Shown here: positions 57,459-64,000 of the stretch, piece after piece
Layout of the letters: the number at the start of each line of letters is the position of its first letter
Numbering within the stretch: the first letter of the stretch is position 1
Source: a virus
Strand: one strand, 5' to 3'
Length of the DNA stretch: 64,000 bases
Virus record (IMG/VR): IMGVR_UViG_3300010375_000019
Span: 4,333-68,332 of that record
The notes under the pieces: generated by a model
The model's database searches: none
The model's input: only the letters and a program-made list of their open reading frames with translations
Told to the model about the DNA's origin: nothing
Program-made: the position numbers and the translations under genes

Positions 57459-58099
57459 TTTGCAGGTGTTTCAATTCTCAAAGGTGGTGACATTTCCATA
57501 GCCATGAACCTATCATAAACTTTGTCGATCATCTCGGGCATGATCGGCAATGGATCGTTTTCCCCAATTGAATCAGGCGCGGCAACGATCAATTGCACGA
57601 TCACTTTGTTTGTTCCGGGAACATTCGGATTCGCGCCTTGTGGTTCAGCGTATAGGTTATAGAACTTTATTTTGAACCCTTCCACCCATGCAATGTTGAT
57701 GCCTGCATAACGTGCGGTTCTTGTCTTGAGATTGACCGCAGGATTGTGCGACAAAACAAACTCAGTTCCAGTGGGATTGCCACTGGCCTTCATTGCCCTT
57801 TGGTAAATCCTGTGGATACCTCGATTGAACGGAAGTGCCATATAAAAATCAGGAAGCAATATGTAGGCGCAATCGGGATCGTTCGTCAGTGTGAGTTCAT
57901 ACGAAGCGATACACTGTGTTATGGCGCTGCGGTCGTTTTCGTTCCATTTTTCGAAATAGATAGGCTTTAAAATCTCGTTGAGTATTGTTCTGAGTTTGAA
58001 GATCACATCCTGATATGTGAATTCGGATTTGTTCTCTTTGTCCCCACCGACACCTCTGTCAATGATTGTCGCAGCCAATTGTTTCAAAGTGACACTCAT
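57455..58099 (-). CDS. Tail ring protein
   Basis: 214 aa; position in the tail module. Confidence 0.5.
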   Translation of the reverse strand: MSVTLKQLAATIIDRGVGGDKENKSEFTYQDVIFKLRTILNEILKPIYFEKWNENDRSAITQCIASYELTLTNDPDCAYILLPDFYMALPFNRGIHRIYQRAMKASGNPTGTEFVLSHNPAVNLKTRTARYAGINIAWVEGFKIKFYNLYAEPQGANPNVPGTNKVIVQLIVAAPDSIGENDPLPIMPEMIDKVYDRFMAMEMSPPLRIETPAK

Positions 58100-59025
58100 T
58101 TTGCTATCGGTTCAAGTTGACGCTGTTGATTACTGTATTGGACGAGCTCCGCAGAACGCATATTTATTCCAAGGTTTGCCAATGTGCGCTCCATGAGCAC
58201 ATCATAAAGTTCCTCGCTCCATTCGGTATCAATGCTGTTGGCATCATCGTATATGTAACGGTCGCCGCTCTGGGTGAAAGCATAGACAGGTTTTGTCGGA
58301 CGCTTCAACGATGAAATTCCTACATAAGTGAAGGCATTCGCTGGAAGAACCGTCAATTGCTGACTGAAATTACTTGCAATAGGATAAGTTGCGGTAGGTG
58401 TTTTAACGGGATGGTTTGCCCTGTACAGATATTTCTGGTTGTCAATCCACAAAATCTCAGTGTTGTTGGATGTGGGTGTGATCTTCCAAAGTGACAATGT
58501 GATACCTGCACCAGCAACAACCACTGTCAACGTCTTTTGTGAGGTGAATGTGTAGGGGATTATCATTTGGGCGTTGGTGACTGTACCCGTGAAAATCTGG
58601 ACTCCATCAAGTTTCAATGTCACCGTTGCAGGTGCAGCATAAGTAACTGTGTTTATTACTATCCAATGTGAAAACCCATTGTCATAACCATTCAATGCTA
58701 TATCGACAGATCCGACCGCGTAAGAACCTGCATCTATGAGTTTTGTTATTGTCGGGTTGTTGAACCCTTCCATCAAATAGATGTAATCCTGTGAAGAATA
58801 ATTTGCCAGACCATTGTACATCTGTACTATCTCCTGTTGTTGGAACACACGCAGATAAGTGTCCATTACACGGATCTTCTCAAACAATTTGATGTACTCG
58901 CGCCAAAGGTTCAATGATTCCGCATGGAGTTCGGTGACTATTTTATCAGGCGAATGGTATCCCGACAACCCTTTTTTGGTTGCGAAATTGACACGATTCA
59001 CCAAATCACTTATGAATTTCGCCAT
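58096..59025 (-). CDS. Tail ring protein with a beta-rich insertion
   Basis: GY.SP N-terminus, L.RP.KP, LG(I)N.R...LVQY C-terminus. Confidence 0.55.
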   Translation of the reverse strand: MAKFISDLVNRVNFATKKGLSGYHSPDKIVTELHAESLNLWREYIKLFEKIRVMDTYLRVFQQQEIVQMYNGLANYSSQDYIYLMEGFNNPTITKLIDAGSYAVGSVDIALNGYDNGFSHWIVINTVTYAAPATVTLKLDGVQIFTGTVTNAQMIIPYTFTSQKTLTVVVAGAGITLSLWKITPTSNNTEILWIDNQKYLYRANHPVKTPTATYPIASNFSQQLTVLPANAFTYVGISSLKRPTKPVYAFTQSGDRYIYDDANSIDTEWSEELYDVLMERTLANLGINMRSAELVQYSNQQRQLEPIAK

Positions 59026-59029
59026 TTCT

Positions 59030-59608
59030 TTACAGAATCAATACCACTAAGATACTACCAATAACACCAAACAACCCTCCTTTGAACAGGTTTTTTCTGG
59101 CTTTTTTGACTAGTGCCTTTTCTGTCTGCACATGAAGACTATCCGCTTTTGCGTAAGCATCGTTCTCGGATGTAAGTTTTTTGTTAACTTCCTTGAGTGT
59201 GACCACAATGCCTTCCGACTTTTCGAGTTCCATAGAGTATGAGGAAACCAATCCTTTCAATGCCACATTAACCGTGTCACAGTCCGCAGCGGTGACCGAA
59301 AAATAAATGATACTGTCCTTATGCGTAATAGGTTTGACAGACTTTGCAAAATTGTACTTTGCCTCTGCATCCTTGGCCTTTTTCTCAGCTGCCACCCTTT
59401 TGATATGGGAGTCATCAAGTTTTTTTTCCTTTTGCTTCAAGGTATCGTTCAATGAAGCGATGTCTTTTTTGTCCTGTTTTATTACTTCGTGTAGACTATC
59501 CAGTTTTTTGAAATCAACAGAAACCACTTTTTCTTTTTGGGCGAACAACATCCAGCCTATCAGAAATCCGATTGCAATTGCCACCAATAAATGGATCGGT
59601 TTTATCAT
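59030..59608 (-). CDS. Spanin-like protein
   Basis: N-terminal TM, coiled coil, C-terminal hydrophobic end; follows the endolysin. Confidence 0.55.
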   Translation of the reverse strand: MIKPIHLLVAIAIGFLIGWMLFAQKEKVVSVDFKKLDSLHEVIKQDKKDIASLNDTLKQKEKKLDDSHIKRVAAEKKAKDAEAKYNFAKSVKPITHKDSIIYFSVTAADCDTVNVALKGLVSSYSMELEKSEGIVVTLKEVNKKLTSENDAYAKADSLHVQTEKALVKKARKNLFKGGLFGVIGSILVVLIL

Positions 59609-60216
59609 GCCTTCAATATTTTCTTTGCCCTTTCGTAAAACTCTAGCCTTTGCGCATAACCGTTGGCATCGCCTATTTTCTGCGTCTTATGACCTTTGTT
59701 GACTTTATCCGACACACCATCAATGTCACCGATGTCTGCGAACACATTGAGTCCGTTTGATTTCCAATAATCACCAGCTGATTCACACGCCCATACTGGA
59801 CCCTCCAATAACTCGGGATGGGCAATGAAGTCAATACCGAATTTATCTTTTAGCACTTGGTAATTCTTGCGGCCTGTGATCTGGAAAATACCACGGCCCT
59901 TAAATCTGTAACCATCGCCTATTTCTGAATTACCCAGTGAAAAAGCCAGATAGTTTCTGTCAGTCAAAAGCAACGCTGGCCATTTTTGGCTGAAATCCCT
60001 TTCATATAATTTTTGGTGCTCACTGCCCCATAGTTCACGTGTCAATGCAAAAGATTCGGATTCAACGGCTGCCTGTGAAATGAAAGCAGATGCCCGGAGA
60101 GCGCTGTTTATTTCATATTTCGAGAATACATTGTTTAGCGGTCCGCAGAAACGGTCCAATGAATCTATTGTTGCGTTTGGCATTATAGCCTTCAGATCGT
60201 CCTTGGTGATGGTCAT
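59605..60216 (-). CDS. Glycoside hydrolase family 19 endolysin
   Basis: AFISQ...ES, LGN....DG.RFKGRG.FQITGR.NY, HPELL, SA..YW. Confidence 0.92.
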   Translation of the reverse strand: MTITKDDLKAIMPNATIDSLDRFCGPLNNVFSKYEINSALRASAFISQAAVESESFALTRELWGSEHQKLYERDFSQKWPALLLTDRNYLAFSLGNSEIGDGYRFKGRGIFQITGRKNYQVLKDKFGIDFIAHPELLEGPVWACESAGDYWKSNGLNVFADIGDIDGVSDKVNKGHKTQKIGDANGYAQRLEFYERAKKILKA

Positions 60217-60578
60217 TTATTGATGAAATTGAAAAATTCCTTCTGTATCTCCTCTGGTTCGGTACCGGTTATGCAAAAATCGACACCTATGCGTTTTGCG
60301 TAGGCGATGTTGTCCTCTAGTATCTGACGTCCTGAGTACAGTAGGTATTTTATTCCTTTCAGTTTAGAATCCTTTTTCACATCGTATGCCAGTCTAAACC
60401 CATCATGGAAAGGAAGGTTTGAATCCGAAAGAATGACCTCAATATTATTTTCATGGTGGAGTATTTTCAATGCCTCCCTACCGTCCTCTGCGGTCATTAC
60501 AGTAATATTGCTTTTTTCCAGCCATTCCTTGATTGCAGCCATTCTCTTTGAATCATCCTCGACCAATAACGCTGTCAT
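60213..60578 (-). CDS. Single-domain response-regulator receiver
   Basis: LLVEDD, AEDGREAL, ILSDSNLPFHDG, LLYSG; start 60578 from the ATGA overlap. Confidence 0.85.
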   Translation of the reverse strand: MTALLVEDDSKRMAAIKEWLEKSNITVMTAEDGREALKILHHENNIEVILSDSNLPFHDGFRLAYDVKKDSKLKGIKYLLYSGRQILEDNIAYAKRIGVDFCITGTEPEEIQKEFFNFINK

Positions 60579-60871
60579 CCTTTTTGGGTTAAAAACCACT
60601 TTATGAATTCTATTATCGCACCTCCCACCACCACTGCGCATGTCCACAACAATCCCCTCACAACATTGTTCTTCCAAGCCAGCCTGTCATGGTTCTCCAG
60701 TTTCTCCTCATGCTTCCCGAGTATCTCCATGATCTTTTTGTTGATCTGTACAAGACCTGGTTGGTGCTCGTTCAATGGATCACCGTAGATAGCGGTATGA
60801 TGTACTTTCAGGCGCTCCGAATGGTCATCTTGCACCTCCATTATCTTGTCCAGGATTTTTGCCATCGCCAA
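60575..60871 (-). CDS. Holin/hemolysin-like protein
   Basis: Coiled coil with YGD...PGLV and a C-terminal TM helix. Confidence 0.5.
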   Translation of the reverse strand: MAMAKILDKIMEVQDDHSERLKVHHTAIYGDPLNEHQPGLVQINKKIMEILGKHEEKLENHDRLAWKNNVVRGLLWTCAVVVGGAIIEFIKWFLTQKG

Positions 60872-61034
60872 CTATCTTTTGGTATTTTTCTATTATTCGG
60901 TCTTGGTACCTTATTATTTTTTCATTCGTTTCGTTGTTCCACTGCAATGTCCTGTTCTCATTCATCAATTTTTTAATGTACGTCAAACTTATGGCAAGCA
61001 AAAGTATCAACGAACATAGAACCACGTTAATCAT
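60825..61034 (-). CDS. Small membrane-anchored protein
   Basis: MINVVLCSLILLLAISLTY then coiled coil. Confidence 0.45.
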   Translation of the reverse strand: MINVVLCSLILLLAISLTYIKKLMNENRTLQWNNETNEKIIRYQDRIIEKYQKIVGDGKNPGQDNGGAR

Positions 61035-61437
61035 CCCCAAGCCATGCGAATATGCAACACGTAACGACATGGCTTGAAATACCGCTACGTCCGTTTCCTG
61101 AAAGCCCCAATTGTTCCCATGTGACCCACACAGAGGTATAATGTACGCAATACTCAAAAATATACCATAGCTGGATAACAAACATGATTTTTGCCATCCT
61201 GGCGATACTGAACCTGTCTTTTTCATTGGTAGTCAATGCTGCTGATACGATGATGGTTATCAGGAACAATTCGACCAATAAAATATTAAATCGCCAGAAT
61301 GCCCATTGGAAGGTAGAAGTTTGTCCTATATAAAGTACCCACCAATGGATAAGATCACTATCGTACGGCAAAGCAGAAAAAGCGACCCTCAAAATGAAGA
61401 TCGCCAAAAATGTGTAATATATCGCCCTAGCGTTCAT
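61027..61437 (-). CDS. Multi-pass membrane protein
   Basis: 136 aa, 3-4 TM helices. Confidence 0.6.
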   Translation of the reverse strand: MNARAIYYTFLAIFILRVAFSALPYDSDLIHWWVLYIGQTSTFQWAFWRFNILLVELFLITIIVSAALTTNEKDRFSIARMAKIMFVIQLWYIFEYCVHYTSVWVTWEQLGLSGNGRSGISSHVVTCCIFAWLGDD

Positions 61438-61601
61438 TATGACGTAGGCGGACCTCCAGGAGGTGGTGGCGGGGTTCCTGACTGAAGGTAAACTATCTTA
61501 CCTTCCTCGTTCATTTTTTCCACCCAGTCCAAGAGTTCCTTGGTCGGGTTTGAGGACTGCACGTAAATGGGTGCATATTCCTCTGCTGTTTTTTCTGGCA
61601 T
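61437..61601 (-). CDS. 54-aa peptide with poly-Pro tail (not in ORF track)
   Basis: MPEKTAEEYAPIYVQSSNPTKELLDWVEKMNEEGKIVYLQSGTPPPPPGGPPTS; TAATG overlap with the next gene. Confidence 0.6.
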   Translation of the reverse strand: MPEKTAEEYAPIYVQSSNPTKELLDWVEKMNEEGKIVYLQSGTPPPPPGGPPTS

Positions 61602-61610
61602 GTTATTTTA

Positions 61611-61931
61611 TTATTTTGTTGCGAAATAATTTTTGGTCTTCCCTACTCCCCACATGATTCCTTCCCACGCGAAACCGCTTGCTCCTATAAGGGCATCCGA
61701 CCATTTAAGGTTGATATTGGCGAAACTGAGCACGTCAACTCCGTAGCCCAATTTCATAATCAAGAACAATACAAAGCAACAGATCAAAGAACCGACCCAG
61801 TTGTCCCATTTTTCTGAAATGTATTGCTTGATAGGAAACTGACGGTGCACTTCGTCATCTTTATTTTTATCAAGTGAAAAGATGGCAAAGTTCCACAGAA
61901 GCCAGCCACCTAGAGCAAACAGTATTTTCAT
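61611..61931 (-). CDS. Holin-like protein
   Basis: 106 aa, three hydrophobic segments, basic C-terminus. Confidence 0.5.
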   Translation of the reverse strand: MKILFALGGWLLWNFAIFSLDKNKDDEVHRQFPIKQYISEKWDNWVGSLICCFVLFLIMKLGYGVDVLSFANINLKWSDALIGASGFAWEGIMWGVGKTKNYFATK

Positions 61932-62248
61932 TTCTTTTTGGGTTTAAGTGTCAATGTTATTTTGTCTTCGCTTGGCTGAGCAATGTTTTCTATCCTTGTC
62001 AAATCAGGAACCTTAGCAGCGATGAATGAATTCAATAGCAACTGGTTTTTTTCCGACAATCTTTGTTGCTCAGCCTCGATGGTTGTACCTCCAAGGCGTT
62101 TTATTTCAGCATTGTTTGATTTGATCTGTTGGACAACCCAATTGTTCAATACGATTGTGGAATCATACGATGTTTTTTGTTCTTCTTTTTTCTGCCCCAA
62201 GCAGATGATTGATGATAGAATAAAAATGAATGTTGAAATTTGTTTCAT
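61928..62248 (-). CDS. Signal-peptide protein downstream of the tail fibre
   Basis: MKQISTFIFILSSIICLG. Confidence 0.5.
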   Translation of the reverse strand: MKQISTFIFILSSIICLGQKKEEQKTSYDSTIVLNNWVVQQIKSNNAEIKRLGGTTIEAEQQRLSEKNQLLLNSFIAAKVPDLTRIENIAQPSEDKITLTLKPKKK

Positions 62249-62259
62249 AAAAATTTTGG

Positions 62260-64000
62260 TTATCGTATTCGTCTTGCTCTTATTTCGCCTACAAATTGAG
62301 GGTTGCCAACTGTAAATGTTGCCTGTGCATTCAAATAATAAGTAGTACTACCACTTATACTGACACGGTACGGACCTATCACATCGGTGAATTTTGAAGT
62401 CCCCAATAAAGCGGCTTGTGGTACATAGGATATATTCAATCCTTCTGTTGCCCCAGATGCACTAGCGGTTGTTGTACTGATTACAAAAATGGCATTTGAA
62501 GCAGCTGTGATAGTGGCAGAATTTGAACTGTATGTAAACAATGCAGATAAATCCCAATCGCCTGCGGTCAATGTTATCGATGTGATATTTTGATATGTTG
62601 CTGTTGTAGTGAAATTAGTATAAGTACTGATGTTGGAATTTATTTCTTCTCCAACGTTACCTGCGATGGCTGCATCATTTGTAGTGGACCCTATAATGCC
62701 AAAAACAGTTCCACCTGTCTTGAAAAACAGATGTCCATCAAGTGTCAATGCAGAAGGACGAACAAAAGTGTTCGCGTTTGTCCCTGCTATCGGAGCATGT
62801 ACCAATAACCCTGTTGGTTCGGTGGCAGTAGATGCCCCTACAAAAGATAATGTCTCAGCACCTATTTCAAAATTTGCCTGACCTGCCAATGCGCCCGTAG
62901 CCCATTGTTGGGTAGAAGGAGAAATGAGCACATTTTGTTTGGGCGTGCTGGCCGTTATACTTGTGTGATTACCAGGCGTAACTGTTATTATGGGGGCCCA
63001 TGCTGCTGCCAAATTGCTTTGAGAAAATGTAGTACCTGTATTGGTAATGGATGCCCTTGTTGTTCCACTCGTAATAAGATTTATTGTACCACCTCCAGCA
63101 TTTATATTTGAACTTGTAAACTGCATTGAGTTACCACCACTTGTAAATGTCATAGTACCAGATGTTCCCACTGTTAATATATCAGCGTAGGCTGCCCCAT
63201 TTATTGAAGCTCTCAGTCTCCATGTTGCTGCCGGATTTGAAGATCCTTGTACTGGCAACACATCTGCTATGTATTTCACTGATTGACTTGCTTGTATTGT
63301 GGTTGATCCGTTTCCTTGTCCCTCCCAAGTTATCGAACCAGATAATTGCTGCGCTCCTACATTGGCAAGTGTAGGATTTTGTAGCCATAATCCAGCACCA
63401 TCTGTTTGTGTAGTGCCCAAAGAAGGAAAAGATAATTTCAGGGTATTGGTTGATGATCCAGTCAATGTTCTGGATGCCGATAGGGTTCCGTCATTATTAT
63501 AAATGTTTACTGGGGTTCCAGCCAAGTCTGTATAATTCAATTGGGCCACAGTGATATTCCCGCCCAATGATGTCTGCTTTAGTACTTGTGATGCCCCCCC
63601 TGTGCCTGATAGATCTGTGTTAGTTCCACCATAAGGTAATCCTATCCTTGTACCCTGCCAAGTCCCTGTACCTATAGTACCAAGAGTAGTTAATGCCACA
63701 GAGAAAACAGGAAGCGAACTGAATGTCTGCACACCTGTGAATGTCTGAGCTGCATCTGTTCTGGCCACTGTGATATTAGCATCAGGCCAAGTGACTGTTC
63801 GTGTTGTCGCTGTGGAAATTCCACCTAGGCCAAACCTTAATATCTTCGTTGCATCCGTGCTGTTCTTGAAAAGATCGATGTTGTCGGCAAACGGTGTACT
63901 TGATCCACCACCTCCTCCTATAAAGGATGAAATCTGGTTCATGGTGAACTTGACCGTGGTGCCGTTCTGCGTGGAAGGAACTACCTCACTGCCCGTGATA
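62260..64000 (-). CDS. Tail fibre/spike protein, 5'-partial
   Basis: T/G/S/A-rich, GGT repeats; frame stays open upstream of 63942 to the window edge. Confidence 0.75.
   Translation of the reverse strand, partial: ITGSEVVPSTQNGTTVKFTMNQISSFIGGGGGSSTPFADNIDLFKNSTDATKILRFGLGGISTATTRTVTWPDANITVARTDAAQTFTGVQTFSSLPVFSVALTTLGTIGTGTWQGTRIGLPYGGTNTDLSGTGGASQVLKQTSLGGNITVAQLNYTDLAGTPVNIYNNDGTLSASRTLTGSSTNTLKLSFPSLGTTQTDGAGLWLQNPTLANVGAQQLSGSITWEGQGNGSTTIQASQSVKYIADVLPVQGSSNPAATWRLRASINGAAYADILTVGTSGTMTFTSGGNSMQFTSSNINAGGGTINLITSGTTRASITNTGTTFSQSNLAAAWAPIITVTPGNHTSITASTPKQNVLISPSTQQWATGALAGQANFEIGAETLSFVGASTATEPTGLLVHAPIAGTNANTFVRPSALTLDGHLFFKTGGTVFGIIGSTTNDAAIAGNVGEEINSNISTYTNFTTTATYQNITSITLTAGDWDLSALFTYSSNSATITAASNAIFVISTTTASASGATEGLNISYVPQAALLGTSKFTDVIGPYRVSISGSTTYYLNAQATFTVGNPQFVGEIRARRIR

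Noticed and set aside
1-64000. Integrase, transposase, tRNA or host chromosomal genes
   Set aside because: None recognised; prophage status cannot be supported

Overview
64 kb of a tailed bacteriophage, probably a podovirus infecting Bacteroidota (Cytophagales-like DnaB, TAnnTTTG-type promoters). It has a crAss-like virion module (TerL, 806-aa portal, acidic scaffold-like gene before a probable MCP, tail ring proteins, stabilisation protein, large ejection proteins, tail fibre), lambda-style replication and recombination genes (initiator, DnaB, RecT, YqaJ, VRR-NUC), a lysis cassette, a tmRNA, three GroES-like genes and a mosaic early region containing broken ORFs. The window starts inside the probable MCP and ends inside a tail fibre gene. 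Main find: a Cas7/RAMP-like gene (41822-42404, one frameshift) followed by a non-coding array of (G/T)GY-NN pentamers and a hairpin. Spacing the variable NN dinucleotides by one base and reverse-complementing gives codon positions 1-2 of V-(S/R)-A-G-L-P-(D/E)-(I/M)-L-(I/M)-(F/L)-T-P-S. This matches the catalytic motif of the VRR-NUC gene just downstream (I-S-S-G-L-P-D-L-M-I-F-S-P-S), whose own codons mismatch the pattern at half the units. That suggests a non-CRISPR, gapped-code RNA-guided system aimed at related phages. Also notable: small basic genes overprinted in the +1 frame of the 1711-aa ejection protein, two structured RNA elements at 14.8-15.5 kb, and a receiver domain plus proline-rich peptide inside the lysis cassette. 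All protein assignments come from motif recognition by eye; no searches were run.
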